A DNA stretch of 64,000 bases from Nitrospiraceae bacterium (GTDB lineage Bacteria > Nitrospirota > Nitrospiria > Nitrospirales > Nitrospiraceae). The position numbers and the translations under genes were made by a program. Positions 1 through 10,128 of the stretch are shown here, piece after piece. The stretch is taken from contig JBFWWG010000001.1 of assembly GCA_050246315.1 (NCBI GenBank), forward strand, positions 64,001-128,000, in the 5' to 3' direction. Position 1 is the first letter of the stretch, and the number at the start of each line of letters is the position of its first letter. The notes beneath the pieces were generated by a model. The model made no database searches, was not told where the DNA came from, and saw only the letters and a program-made list of their open reading frames with translations.

Positions 1-373
1 TGGCCTTCACGAGTCCCACGGCCGCCTCGGTCAAATCTCGAAGGATAGATTCGACGTCCCGGCCGACATAGCCGACTTCTGTAAACTTGGAGGCTTCCAC
101 CTTGATGAAGGGCGCCTCCGCCAATTTGGCGAGGCGGCGCGCGATCTCGGTTTTCCCGACGCCGGTAGGCCCGATCATGATGATGTTCTTCGGCATGACC
201 TCGTCGCGCAGCTCAGACGGGAGCTGCTGCCGCCGCCACCGGTTGCGCAGTGCGATCGCCACCATACGTTTGGCCTCGCGCTGGCCGATGACATAGCGGT
301 CCAATTCCTGCACAATCTGCCTTGGCGTCAGGCTGTTCACATTGAGCGGCCGCACGTCTGGTTCGAGCTTCAC
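1..373 (-). CDS. hslU: ATP-dependent protease ATPase subunit HslU (5' part; runs off window start)
   Basis: Manual translation: [34 protein letters not shown]...[25 protein letters not shown]...[19 protein letters not shown]. Directly follows hslV. GTG start at 373 (alternative 391). Confidence 0.95.
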   Translation of the reverse strand, partial: MKLEPDVRPLNVNSLTPRQIVQELDRYVIGQREAKRMVAIALRNRWRRQQLPSELRDEVMPKNIIMIGPTGVGKTEIARRLAKLAEAPFIKVEASKFTEVGYVGRDVESILRDLTEAAVGLVKA

Positions 374-402
374 GGCAATCCTGTTCTCCACGTGCTATCT
401 GC

Positions 403-939
403 CTATCTGGCCAATTCCTCAAGCACGATTTGTTGGTTGGTATAGATGTCGATCCCTCCCGCAATCCGCATGGATTCCTCCACGATGCGGCGAGCATTCA
501 AGGTCGAATGCATGAGCAATCCACGAGCTGCCGAAAGCGCGTAGGGGCCGCCGGACCCGATGGCCAGGATCCCGTCTTCCGGTTCAATGACGTCGCCGGT
601 GCCCGAGATGATGAAAGAGTTTTCGATGTCTGCCACGGCAAGGAGAGCTTCCAACCGGCGCAAGACCCGATCGGTTCGCCAATCCTTGGCGAGTTCGACT
701 GCCGCGCGGGTCAAATTCCCTCGATATTCTTCCAGCTTCGCTTCGAACTTTTCAAACAGCGTGAAGGCGTCGGCGGTGGCTCCCGCAAAACCCGCGACGA
801 CCCGGTCTTGATAGAGCCGCCGCAACTTCCGGGCGTTTTGTTTCATCACCGTGGTGCCGAGCGTGACCTGGCCGTCGGACCCCATGGCGACGCGGCCGTC
901 GCGACGGACACAGAGGATGGTAGTGGAACGGATCGTCAT
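403..939 (-). CDS. hslV: ATP-dependent protease peptidase subunit HslV
   Basis: TTILCVRR N-terminal Thr protease start; [30 protein letters not shown] motifs. Confidence 0.97.
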   Translation of the reverse strand: MTIRSTTILCVRRDGRVAMGSDGQVTLGTTVMKQNARKLRRLYQDRVVAGFAGATADAFTLFEKFEAKLEEYRGNLTRAAVELAKDWRTDRVLRRLEALLAVADIENSFIISGTGDVIEPEDGILAIGSGGPYALSAARGLLMHSTLNARRIVEESMRIAGGIDIYTNQQIVLEELAR

Positions 940-1877
940 CGTCGGGTGGTCGTCGGGCGGGCGGGCGGTGTCTCGCCTGCGCGCGGATGCGCGCGATCAT
1001 AGACCGACATCAAGTGATCAGTTGCCACATGGGTATACCGCTGCGTGGTCGCCAACGACGTATGCCCCAGCAACTCCTGAATAGCACGAAGATCGGCCCC
1101 TTCGTCAAGCAGGTGCGTCGCGAACGAGTGTCGTAATGCGTGGGGACTGACGCGCCCGCCCGGCAGCGCACCGGAATAGCGTGCAACGATCCGCTCGACG
1201 CTGCGAACGGTTAAGCGGCCTCCCCGGTGATTCAGAAAGACCGGGCTGGTTCGATCCGACTTGGCCGACTCTGCCAGGCGCGATTCGCCCGCTTGGTACT
1301 GGTTGATGGCCTCGATGGCCACGGCGCCGATCGGCACAATCCGTTCCTTGCGCCCTTTGCCGGACAGCCTCGCCAAACCGTTCACGAGGTCCAGATCCTC
1401 TCGATTCAATCTCACCAGCTCGCTGACTCGCGCCCCCGTCGAGTACAGTGTTTCGAGAATGGCCCGATCGCGCCGCACGAGAGATGTGTCTCCCTGTGCC
1501 AGCTCCATCAGCACGCCCGCGTCATCCTTGGTCAACACCCGCGGCAGCGGCTTGGCCTGCTTCGGCATGCGCACCTGCTCGGCAGGATTCCCCGACAGCC
1601 GTCCGTCCCTGTTCAAGAATCGGAAGAAACTCCGCAACGTGGCCAGCTTGCGCGCCAAGGAGGATTTATTCTCTCCCTTGTCGTCCAGCCAGGCAAGAAA
1701 ATCCCGGATCGCCTGGGTCGTGAGGCTTGTCAGAGATGGATCGTCCTGACTCCCATCCCGTTGTCGAAGAAATTTCGAGATCTGCCTGAGATCAGACTCG
1801 TAACTGCGGATCGTGTCCCGCGACGCCCCACGCTGAACATCCAAGAAAGTCACGAAAGCCCGGATTGCGTCTTCCAT
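936..1877 (-). CDS. xerC: Tyrosine recombinase XerC
   Basis: [47 protein letters not shown] catalytic motifs; trmFO-xerC-hslVU synteny. Confidence 0.92.
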   Translation of the reverse strand: MEDAIRAFVTFLDVQRGASRDTIRSYESDLRQISKFLRQRDGSQDDPSLTSLTTQAIRDFLAWLDDKGENKSSLARKLATLRSFFRFLNRDGRLSGNPAEQVRMPKQAKPLPRVLTKDDAGVLMELAQGDTSLVRRDRAILETLYSTGARVSELVRLNREDLDLVNGLARLSGKGRKERIVPIGAVAIEAINQYQAGESRLAESAKSDRTSPVFLNHRGGRLTVRSVERIVARYSGALPGGRVSPHALRHSFATHLLDEGADLRAIQELLGHTSLATTQRYTHVATDHLMSVYDRAHPRAGETPPARPTTTRR

Positions 1878-3166
1878 ACCTCCAGGTCCTTGACAGCCCG
1901 CTCTCCAATCAACCGACGTTTCTGCTCCTTGTCCCGGATGCGAGAAGGAAGCGGAGGGAAGAGTCCGTAGTTGGTGTTGATCGGCTGAAAATGGTTCGAC
2001 TCGCAGGTGGTGATGTAGTGCAGTAAGCAGCCGTGCGCGGTGGTGGGCGGCGGCGTCACCAACGCTAGACCGGACAGGTGGCGAACGGCGTTGATCCCGG
2101 CCAGCCCTCCCATCGCCGCCGATTCCGTATACCCCTCGACCCCCACGATCTGGCCCGCAAAAAAGACGTGCTCCCTCGTCTTCGTCTGCAAGGAATTGTG
2201 CAGAAGACGGGGTGAATTGATGAAGGTGTTGCGATGCAGGCTTCCAAATCGCAGGAACTCGGCCTGCGCCAATCCTGGAATCATGCGAAAGACTCGTCGC
2301 TGCTCCGGATAGGTCAACTTGGTCTGAAACCCGACCAGGTTGTAGCTCGTGCGATGAACGTTCTCGGCCCGCAGTTGCACGACGGCGTGAGGCCGCCTGC
2401 CCGTGCGCGGATCTTCCAACCCTACCGGCTTCAGAGGGCCGAAGAGCATCGTTTGCGGCCCGCGTTCGGCCATGACCTCGATGGGGATACAGCCTTCAAA
2501 GTACGGGATCTTTTCGAAGTCCTTGGGTTGAACTTTCTCGGCTGCCTGCAGGGCCTGATAGAACGCGTTGTAGGCCGATTCGTCAAAGGGGCAATTCAGA
2601 TAGTCATCGCCTCCTTTGTCGTATCGCGACGCACGGAATACCACATCCATGTCAATGGACTCCGCATCGACGATCGGAGAGATCGCGTCAAAAAAGTACA
2701 AATGCTTGTGATGCGTCAGCCGGCTGATCGCCGCGGACAGTCGGTCCGAGGTCAAGGGACCGGTCGCCACGATACAGACAACGTCGTCCGGGATCTCCGT
2801 GACCTCTTCTCTCAGGATCCTGATATTAGGATGACCTTCCAATTCACGCGTGATCTGCTGAGCAAACTGTTCGCGGTCTACCGCGAGGGCGGAGCCCGCC
2901 GGTACCCGCGCCTGCTCGGCTGCGCGGATGATCAAGGACCCCAGCCGTCGCATTTCTTCCTTCAGAATGCCGGGCGCGCTCAGGATCTCAGAGGAGCCGA
3001 GCGAATTGGAGCAGACCAGTTCGGCGAGCAGACCGGTCTTATGGGCTTTGGTGGGCTCCTTCGGACGCATTTCATAGAGGGTAACCCGGGCGCCTCGCCG
3101 AGCCGCCTGCCAAGCAGCCTCGGAACCGGCAAGTCCGCCGCCGATAATGAGAATATCGTCTCGCAT
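1850..3166 (-). CDS. trmFO: Methylenetetrahydrofolate--tRNA-(uracil-54) methyltransferase TrmFO
   Basis: [51 protein letters not shown]. Start placed at ATG 3166 (MRDDILII). Confidence 0.96.
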   Translation of the reverse strand: MRDDILIIGGGLAGSEAAWQAARRGARVTLYEMRPKEPTKAHKTGLLAELVCSNSLGSSEILSAPGILKEEMRRLGSLIIRAAEQARVPAGSALAVDREQFAQQITRELEGHPNIRILREEVTEIPDDVVCIVATGPLTSDRLSAAISRLTHHKHLYFFDAISPIVDAESIDMDVVFRASRYDKGGDDYLNCPFDESAYNAFYQALQAAEKVQPKDFEKIPYFEGCIPIEVMAERGPQTMLFGPLKPVGLEDPRTGRRPHAVVQLRAENVHRTSYNLVGFQTKLTYPEQRRVFRMIPGLAQAEFLRFGSLHRNTFINSPRLLHNSLQTKTREHVFFAGQIVGVEGYTESAAMGGLAGINAVRHLSGLALVTPPPTTAHGCLLHYITTCESNHFQPINTNYGLFPPLPSRIRDKEQKRRLIGERAVKDLEVWKTQSGLS

Positions 3167-3435
3167 GGAGGTGGAAGGTATGAGAAACGCGTGTGAAGGT
3201 GTCGGCATTCTACGAATGGGATTTCATGGCTGTCAAGGCATCGTGCGCAGCACTGCATGCGAAACGCGCCGCATGACAACGCCCTGTCGACGCTGTAGAG
3301 ATCGAGAACTCAGGCCGTAAGGTCAGGCTCTATCCTGATCACCGTACTTAGAAAAGGTCGACCAGAGATTCACGTTGACCGCTACCTAGCCCGCAATATG
3401 AGGTCTCCAAACCCTGCGCTGGGTTCGTCCTCGCA

Positions 3436-3464
3436 TTGACTGACTCTAGAGCCCATGCTAGAGT
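3436..3464 (+). promoter_or_regulatory. sigma70-type promoter of tRNA-Val
   Basis: TTGACT-N17-TAGAGT with TGn extension, 14 bp upstream of the tRNA. Confidence 0.6.
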
Positions 3465-3478
3465 CGGCCACCCCGGTT

Positions 3479-3553
3479 GGGCGATTAGCTCAGTGGAAGA
3501 GCGCTTCCTTCACACGGAAGAGGCCACTGGTTCGATACCAGTATCGCCCACCA
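3479..3553 (+). tRNA. tRNA-Val(CAC)
   Basis: GGGCGAT acceptor stem; anticodon arm CTTCC-TTCACAC-GGAAG; GGTTCGAT T-loop; CCA end. Confidence 0.96.
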
Positions 3554-3707
3554 TTCCCCTCTCTTTTCAGCGGCTTACCCTGGGCTGAAATCTTCCATAT
3601 TCCAAACCTTTACTAGACAGGTCTGCGCTGGTGCGCTAGACTTTTCTCGTGCGCCGAGGTTGATTTTCCGACCTCGGGCATGACCGACAATTCCAACGAG
3701 GTGACCC

Positions 3708-4055
3708 ATGGGTAGTCAGGCAAGGTTCTTGGCCGGTGCGCTGTGTTCTTTGGGACTACTGGTTTCCGCCTGCTCAACCATGCCGCGAGAAGAAGCGTCG
3801 GTGATGATGGATTACGGTGTTCGGACGAGCATCTATACAAGTCTGGATAGCACCGCCCTGGTCTATACGAATCCTGCCGCAGGATCGCCGGCCGACGATA
3901 ATCCGTGGCGATGGGCTGGGTTTGTGATGCACCCGATCGGAGTCGGACTCGATTATCTGGTGAATCGGCCACTGTATTCGATCAGCTCATCCATCCCACG
4001 AGCGAGCGGCTATACCAACGAAGATGCCATGCTGGATGCATACAGACAGCGCTGA
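3708..4055 (+). CDS. Hypothetical lipoprotein
   Basis: GAGG RBS, signal peptide with lipobox VSAC. Confidence 0.7.
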   Translation: MGSQARFLAGALCSLGLLVSACSTMPREEASVMMDYGVRTSIYTSLDSTALVYTNPAAGSPADDNPWRWAGFVMHPIGVGLDYLVNRPLYSISSSIPRASGYTNEDAMLDAYRQR

Positions 4056-4120
4056 TTTTTTCTGACCAGCCGCTTAACGCGATTCCGTCTTCACACGCAC
4101 GCCATTTCTCTGCATAATGT

Positions 4121-5335
4121 GTGATCCCGGCAGGGCTTTCTCTAGCCGGGATTGCTATGTCTTGTCTCAGCCCTCACCCGTATGCCAACCGGCGCTCAGT
4201 TTGGAAACCCGTCTGGCTTTCTTTGAGGATCTTTCGATACGCCTTTGTTACCGGCCTTTGCTGGCTCACGTCCTGTGCCGCCCCTGACCCTCGCCCACCG
4301 CTTCCACCATCTGCAAGCGATCTGCTGCTCATGAAGTCGGCTCGCCTCTGCGAGGCACAAGCCGTTTTTTCGCAGTCCCACGTGGCTCAATATCGGGAGA
4401 TCCTTTGGGGATCCGGCCGCGAGCTCCGCATCAGCGAAGGCCGTAGCGAGTCCGGAAGTGAAGAAGCATGGTTTTTTGATGAGGAGGGCACCCTAGTTGG
4501 AGCGCTCTTTGTCTATGCGGCCGGCCTCGATCTGAAGCCCTACCCGGTCCTCCGCGAAACACTGTCGCAGCTGAGACCGGTGCTGAACTTTTACCTCTCC
4601 GTCCCGAAGCTGCCGAGCAAGGCCAGGATGGATACGAGCTCGCTCTACCAGACCGGCGACGAGAAGACAACCGCCCAGTATCTCACGACCGGAACGGGCG
4701 ACCACCCCATCCTGCTGTCGGCTTCATTCACCATCGATCCCTATGTGTCGTTGTTCTCGCCCTATCGCAGGGAATTTTTGGATCGCATCCGCGGCGCCGA
4801 GAGCAAAAAAACTGGACAAGGGTCGGTGGATCAGGAACCGTTCGCCTCCTTGCAGCAGTTTGCTCGCGGCGAGGCGGCCCAACTCGCCTATTGCGGAGCA
4901 CGCCGTGCCGATGTGGCGGCCGATGCGTACCAGAAAGCGATCAACAGCGGATTCTCCAACAAGGTGCGGCTCGCGGAAGCCTATCACAAGTTGGGCTTGG
5001 CGCTTGAAGCGCAAGGCGCATTCGAGAAAGCCAAGGCGGCGATGCAACAGTCATTGGCGATTAGGCCCAACGTGCCGGAAGTACTGAACAATCTCGGCAC
5101 GATTTATCGACAACTGGGAGATCGCGACCAAGCACTCGCCTCCTTCGAGAAAGCCGTCTCCCTCAGGCCGAACTACCCGCTGGCCCGCTTCAACCTAGCC
5201 GAATCTTACGAGCCGACCAACCGTCGATTGGCCATCTCCGAGTATGAAACCTATTTAGCCCTGGTCGAAGGGAATCCGGATGAGGCTGAGCGCGCGGCCC
5301 GTGTGAAGGAGCGGGTGAAGCACCTGCAGCGATGA
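4121..5335 (+). CDS. TPR-repeat protein, probable lipoprotein
   Basis: C-terminal TPRs (AEAYHKLGLALEAQG, PEVLNNLGTIY, PLARFNLA); lipobox-like LTSC; start uncertain. Confidence 0.8.
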   Translation: MIPAGLSLAGIAMSCLSPHPYANRRSVWKPVWLSLRIFRYAFVTGLCWLTSCAAPDPRPPLPPSASDLLLMKSARLCEAQAVFSQSHVAQYREILWGSGRELRISEGRSESGSEEAWFFDEEGTLVGALFVYAAGLDLKPYPVLRETLSQLRPVLNFYLSVPKLPSKARMDTSSLYQTGDEKTTAQYLTTGTGDHPILLSASFTIDPYVSLFSPYRREFLDRIRGAESKKTGQGSVDQEPFASLQQFARGEAAQLAYCGARRADVAADAYQKAINSGFSNKVRLAEAYHKLGLALEAQGAFEKAKAAMQQSLAIRPNVPEVLNNLGTIYRQLGDRDQALASFEKAVSLRPNYPLARFNLAESYEPTNRRLAISEYETYLALVEGNPDEAERAARVKERVKHLQR

Positions 5336-5390
5336 CCATCTCAAGACAGCAATCAACGCTCCTGGCGTTCTGACCGCTGCCTAGAACAGA

Positions 5391-5897
5391 TTATCGTCTC
5401 CCGCTTTCCTGTTCTTCCTGAAGTGTCTTGCATTCGATGCAGAGGGTGGTCACCGGGCGGGCTTTGAGGCGAGGAAACGGAATCTGTTCTCCGCACACTT
5501 CGCAAATTCCATAGGTTCCAGCGGTAATTCGATTCAGCGCCTCATCGATTTTCTTGATGAGCTTGCGTTCCCGTTCCCGTATCCGCATGGCAAAGTGTTG
5601 ATCGGCTTCGGCCGTCGCCTGATCGCTCACATCGGGAAAGGCCGGGGTCTTGGACTGTTGGACGAACCCAACACCGGCCTCCTCCAACAACTCGGCCCGC
5701 TGTTGTTCTAACTCGTGACGAATCTCTTGTAGTTGCGTATCGCGTGGCGAGGTTGATGCAGAATTCTCCCGTTGAGATCGGCGCGAGGAACGGTCCTGGC
5801 GTGACGAAGAGGTCCTCTGGGAGGGCGGGGATTTGGCTCGTTCGGAGTCACGCCTCAGCATGACGTTATCATAGCAACGTGCGGGTTCAGAGATCAA
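5391..5897 (-). CDS. dksA: RNA polymerase-binding factor DksA
   Basis: Coiled-coil tip DVSDQA; C4 zinc finger CEVC...CIEC; RLKARP. True start may be downstream. Confidence 0.9.
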   Translation of the reverse strand: MISEPARCYDNVMLRRDSERAKSPPSQRTSSSRQDRSSRRSQRENSASTSPRDTQLQEIRHELEQQRAELLEEAGVGFVQQSKTPAFPDVSDQATAEADQHFAMRIRERERKLIKKIDEALNRITAGTYGICEVCGEQIPFPRLKARPVTTLCIECKTLQEEQESGRR

Positions 5898-5922
5898 TGC
5901 ATCGGATGCGGTTGGCCGCGAG

Positions 5923-6537
5923 CTAGAGGTCCCGGCGGCCCTCCAATGACTTGATCAAGGTCACTTCATCTGCATACTCGATATCCATTCCAACTGGAAT
6001 GCCGTAGGCGATCCGTGACGTCCGAATTCCAAGGGGCTTGATCAGTTTGGTGAGATACAGGGCGGTGGCCTCCCCCTCAATCGTTGGGTTGGTCGCGATA
6101 ATGACCTCCTCGACTCCCCCTCTCTGCAGCCGCTCCATCAGTTCCTGCACCTTGATGTCCGACGGTCCCACGCCGTCTAATGGCGATAGCGCCCCCAACA
6201 GAACATGGTAGAGCCCGTGATAACTGCGGGTCCGTTCGATCGCATAGAGGGTGCTGGGCTCTTCCACGACAACAATACGCGTTCGGTCTCGCTTGGGGTC
6301 GAGACACAGATCACACAGCTCACCTTCAGCGATATTGCGACAATCGCTGCAGAAGCTAAGCCCGTCCTTGACGGCCTTGATGGCAGCCGCCAATCGGAGC
6401 GCATCCTCTCGCTCGACCTTGAGCAGATGAAACGCCAGCCGCTGCGCCGTCTTTTGGCCGATTCCCGGCAACCGAACCAATTCCTGAATCAGCCCCCCCA
6501 ACAATCCCCGCCGATCTCCTGTAAGTACCGCCGCCAT
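5923..6537 (-). CDS. recR: Recombination mediator RecR
   Basis: RLPGIGQKTAQRLAFHLL, C4 zinc finger, Toprim ATNPTIEGEATA, DIEYADEVTL. Confidence 0.97.
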   Translation of the reverse strand: MAAVLTGDRRGLLGGLIQELVRLPGIGQKTAQRLAFHLLKVEREDALRLAAAIKAVKDGLSFCSDCRNIAEGELCDLCLDPKRDRTRIVVVEEPSTLYAIERTRSYHGLYHVLLGALSPLDGVGPSDIKVQELMERLQRGGVEEVIIATNPTIEGEATALYLTKLIKPLGIRTSRIAYGIPVGMDIEYADEVTLIKSLEGRRDL

Positions 6538-6557
6538 AGCTGTGCCTCGTTGCTTAG

Positions 6558-6892
6558 CAGGCTGTTGAAAAACTATTCTGACACTCTGAAAACATCGGAC
6601 GGTTGGAATTCACTGACCTCATCAGAAATGCCCATAGGATGTTCGAACAGGCCGACATCTTCATCCGCCCAACCTCGGGGTGTTTATCTTGCCCTCCTTC
6701 CCTCCAATTGCTCCGCAATCGATCGCCTGGGACGCGTCTCTTCGCAGGCGTGCCCACAACGAACGAAGGTCCGAACCGTACTCAGGGTACCCGTTGCTCT
6801 TCCTCTTGCAACGGGTCCAACACGTTGAGGGCTTGAGCGAGGCGATCACCCGCTGAGCGGGTACCCGGCTGGCGGACTTTTTCAACATCCTG
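6558..6892. mobile_element. ~335-bp MITE-like structured element, family A copy 1
   Basis: TIRs CAGGCTGTTGAAAAA / TTTTTCAACATCCTG (14/15); TTAG direct repeats at 6554-6557 and 6893-6896; no credible ORF. Confidence 0.8.
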
Positions 6893-7219
6893 TTAGAGCA
6901 GGCCGGGGATATTCAATCCACCTGTCAGGGATTTGAGTTCGCTGGCCATCATCTCTCTGGCGTTCCGAAGGGCCTCGTTGGTGGCGGCGACCGTCAAATC
7001 CTGGAGCATCTCGACGTCGCCGGACTTGACGACCTCGGGATCAATCTTCACCGACACCACCTGCATGCCGCCTGTGACCGTGACCGTGACTATTCCGCCG
7101 CCGGCCGTCCCGATGACCTGCTTGGACGCCGCTTCCTCCTGGATCTTCGTCATTTGCTCCTGCATCGCCTGCGCCTGCTTCATCAAACTGGCCATGTTGC
7201 CAAACGGGTTCTTACTCAT
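6893..7219 (-). CDS. ybaB: Nucleoid-associated protein YbaB/EbfC
   Basis: MKQAQAMQEQM...GTAGGGIVTV...DVEMLQDLTVAATNEA; dnaX-ybaB-recR synteny. Confidence 0.95.
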   Translation of the reverse strand: MSKNPFGNMASLMKQAQAMQEQMTKIQEEAASKQVIGTAGGGIVTVTVTGGMQVVSVKIDPEVVKSGDVEMLQDLTVAATNEALRNAREMMASELKSLTGGLNIPGLL

Positions 7220-9126
7220 ACCGGAGCCTCCTTCTCAGCACCAAGTCGTCTCACTTCAACCACATCCGCACCGAACAGGGCGAGCGCTTCCTTCACGAGC
7301 GGGTGTGCACGGGTGCGCTCAAACAGGAGCGTCGCTTCCTCTTGCCGACGGGCGGCCCGTGCTTCGGCCATCGTGGGGCCCGCAGGAGCAGATGCTGTCA
7401 GCTCGGTAATGCGAACCGTGACCGGGCAGCCGGCGAGGGATTCAGCAACCGACTGCATGACGCGAAGATTATCCTCTTTTTCCATCATGGCCCGAGCCAC
7501 CGACTCGGTTCTGGCGTATCCGAGCACGACTTCCTCACGCTTTAGGTCCAGGAGCCGTCCCCGCTCAAGAAAGGACGCAATGCTTGGGTGAGCGGCAGCA
7601 ATACGCTCGACGAACTGTTCCCACTTCAGCGCAGGGAGTAACGGTTGTTCGGCCGCACGTAAGGCCATATGCGCGGCCCCTGCAGGCTCATCCTCGGACC
7701 GGCCCATGCCATCCTTGGCCGTCAGCACAGCCGCGTCGATGACCGCAGGCTTATTCGCCTGCGTCGCTCCTGTCAGACCCACCGGCGTGACCGGTCTGGC
7801 ACCCTGCGACTTGAGGGACCTGGCAGGCGCTGAATGGCCCCTGTCGCCCCCCCGAACGGGGGTTGGCTCGGGCGGACGCGGTTTCGCCGGGCTCGGGTTG
7901 GTGACAACTGGACCGGCCAGAATTCCTGCCCGGACCGGAGCTGATGAGGCAGAGGACGGAACCCTGGCAGGAGAGCGCATCGCCGTCGGGAGCGGTGTGG
8001 GAGTGTCGGTCATAGGCGATGCAGCGACCTCCGCCAGTCTCGTCGCCCGAATTGCGGTTGCCTCCAAGGAAAACCGCGGGTGTACGCTCAAGCGCAGGGT
8101 GTCTTCAGTCTGTGAAAACACCTGAAAGATCTGCTGTAGCCGACTGGCGGAAAACCGTGAGGCTTCCTCTAACAACGGCGGCAACTCCTCGTCCGCCGCC
8201 TCCACCAGTCCCCGAAGCTCCTGCACGGACGGCACGACCGACGCCACCAGCAGATTGCGCAGGTACTCCACCACATCCGCGCAAAATGCCCGAAGATCCT
8301 GCCCCTGTTCCAGCAGGGCAGCAATGACCTCCACGGCGGCCAGACTGTCGCACCGTTCAAGGGCCTGAACGAATGATCGCACCAACTCCACCGGAACCAC
8401 GCCGAGCAACTGCTCCAGGTCGTCATGGTTGATCGCCTTGCCGCAGAGCGCGATGGCTTGATCAAACAGGCTGAGCGCGTCCCGCATGCTGCCTTCGCTC
8501 GCCCGTGCGAGAAGCGTCAAACTCCTTGGCTCGACGGACACACCATCCTGAGCCGCCACGAGCGCCAGCCGCTCGACGATCTCCGTCCTCGGGATCCGCC
8601 GAAAACTATAGTGCTGGCAGCGAGACAGAATCGTGGCCGGAATCTTGTGCAATTCCGTCGTGGCAAAAATAAAGACGACATGAGCTGGGGGCTCCTCCAG
8701 CGTTTTCAGAAGCGCATTGAACGCGGAGTTCGACAGCATATGCACTTCGTCGATGATGTAGACTCGATAGGCCCCTCGAAACGGCGTGAATTTCACATTC
8801 TCGCGAATCTCGCGCACATCATCGACGCTGGTGTTGGACGCTCCATCGATCTCCACCACATCCACCGCGGTCCCTTGAGCAATTTCGGTACAATTGACAC
8901 ACCGGTTACAGGGGTCCCCCGTCGGCCCCTGCTCACAGTTCAGGGCTTTAGCCAGAATGCGCGCAATCGTCGTCTTGCCGACGCCGCGCGAGCCCGAGAA
9001 CAGGAAGGCATGGGCGATTCGTTTGGACGAGACGGCGTTGACCAGAGCTTGCACAACATGGGGCTGGCCGATCACGTCTGAGAACGTGCCCGGCCGATAC
9101 TTTCGTGCTGAGACCTGATAATCCAC
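7216..9126 (-). CDS. dnaX: DNA polymerase III subunit gamma/tau
   Basis: ARKYRP, GSRGVGKTT, EIDGASN, IIDEVHMLS, ILSRC; Pro-rich linker and C-terminal domain. Confidence 0.97.
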   Translation of the reverse strand: MDYQVSARKYRPGTFSDVIGQPHVVQALVNAVSSKRIAHAFLFSGSRGVGKTTIARILAKALNCEQGPTGDPCNRCVNCTEIAQGTAVDVVEIDGASNTSVDDVREIRENVKFTPFRGAYRVYIIDEVHMLSNSAFNALLKTLEEPPAHVVFIFATTELHKIPATILSRCQHYSFRRIPRTEIVERLALVAAQDGVSVEPRSLTLLARASEGSMRDALSLFDQAIALCGKAINHDDLEQLLGVVPVELVRSFVQALERCDSLAAVEVIAALLEQGQDLRAFCADVVEYLRNLLVASVVPSVQELRGLVEAADEELPPLLEEASRFSASRLQQIFQVFSQTEDTLRLSVHPRFSLEATAIRATRLAEVAASPMTDTPTPLPTAMRSPARVPSSASSAPVRAGILAGPVVTNPSPAKPRPPEPTPVRGGDRGHSAPARSLKSQGARPVTPVGLTGATQANKPAVIDAAVLTAKDGMGRSEDEPAGAAHMALRAAEQPLLPALKWEQFVERIAAAHPSIASFLERGRLLDLKREEVVLGYARTESVARAMMEKEDNLRVMQSVAESLAGCPVTVRITELTASAPAGPTMAEARAARRQEEATLLFERTRAHPLVKEALALFGADVVEVRRLGAEKEAPV

Positions 9127-9243
9127 GGTCGCGACGCTCCAGCGCTCAGGGCTGAGTGGTAAGTGCTGAGCTGAGAGCGAGGACTCCTCGGTTTCGCTCG
9201 GTGCTCAGCCTTGTGTCCTCGGCACGAGCCGAAGGCGGAGAGT

Positions 9244-9344
9244 GGGGCCAGGTGATCCTGCGGCACACAGACTCGCCCGCTTACCGTTGCTTCCTTCCGG
9301 ACCTGGCGGGGTTCACAGGATTCTGTTGCACAGGGCCCAGCCCC
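9244..9344 (-). ncRNA. ffs: SRP RNA (4.5S)
   Basis: Minus strand carries domain IV CAGGTCCGGAAGGAAGCAAC within a long hairpin closed by GGGGCTGGG...CCTGGCCCC; upstream of dnaX. Confidence 0.93.
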
Positions 9345-9454
9345 TAGAGTTCATTTTTTCAGAGAATCCATAAAAAACAGCCGCTGAAGGTTTTCTCCGG
9401 CGCCAAAAATTCGATAACCCGATAAAGAGGCGCCGGCTCTAGCGAAGCGTGGTA

Positions 9455-9544
9455 TGGCGGAGAGGGTGGGATTCGAACCCACGGAACCGTTACCAGTTCA
9501 CGTGCTCTCCAGGCACGCCGATTCGTCCACTCTCGCACCTCTCC
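9455..9544 (-). tRNA. tRNA-Ser(GGA)
   Basis: GGAGAGG...CCTCTCCGCCA; anticodon arm CGTGC-CTGGAGA-GCACG; long variable arm. Confidence 0.96.
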
Positions 9545-9975
9545 GCACGCTACGGGCATGAAACGCGGCATCTTAACACGCGCCTCCGAGACCGGCAAGG
9601 CGATGCCACTCGGACAAACTACAGATGGCAGCACCCCTTCACTCATCCGAATTATCGCATCATCCCGCAGACGCGCTCATTCCATCCGCCAATTCGAAGA
9701 CCTGCGGCATAGCGAGGTCGTCGGCCGAGGACCGGCCGCTCGGATCATACAATTCCAAACTGGCGAGCCGGTCTTCAGGTGAAGGTAGGTGTAGAAAGCC
9801 CGATGCGTTATCCCCCCTGAAGGGTCCACCTCCACCGTTCGGTGGGATCCCATGCTCGCTCTCACCCACGTCTGTTCCTTCAGGCTGAAAATGGGCCGGA
9901 CTCTTCGGTTGACACATCTACATGGGCGGGGGTAGAAGGAAGCTAGCTTGTCGCGGAAACCACCGAATTGGAGCT

Positions 9976-10058
9976 GCGAGAGTGGCGGAACTGGCAGACG
10001 CGCGAGACTTAGGATCTCGTGGGCAACCGTGAGGGTTCAAGTCCCTCCTCTCGCACCA
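9976..10058 (+). tRNA. tRNA-Leu(TAG)
   Basis: GCGAGAG...CTCTCGCACCA; anticodon arm CGAGA-CTTAGGA-TCTCG; upstream of tig. Confidence 0.96.
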
Positions 10059-10128
10059 TGATGAAGCCGAACACCATCATCGAACCAGCCACCTGAACAA
10101 CCAATCGAGTGCAAGGTTTTAAGGTATC

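Noticed and set aside
936..1877. Tyrosine recombinase as a phage or island integrase
   Set aside because: XerC-like size and motifs within the housekeeping trmFO-xerC-hslVU operon; no att sites or cargo.
3386..3395. CTAGCCCGCA, matching the family C end
   Set aside because: Only 10 bp and no partner inverted repeat found nearby.
7216..9126. Programmed -1 frameshift in dnaX
   Set aside because: No in-frame A AAA AAG or long poly-A slippery site was seen.
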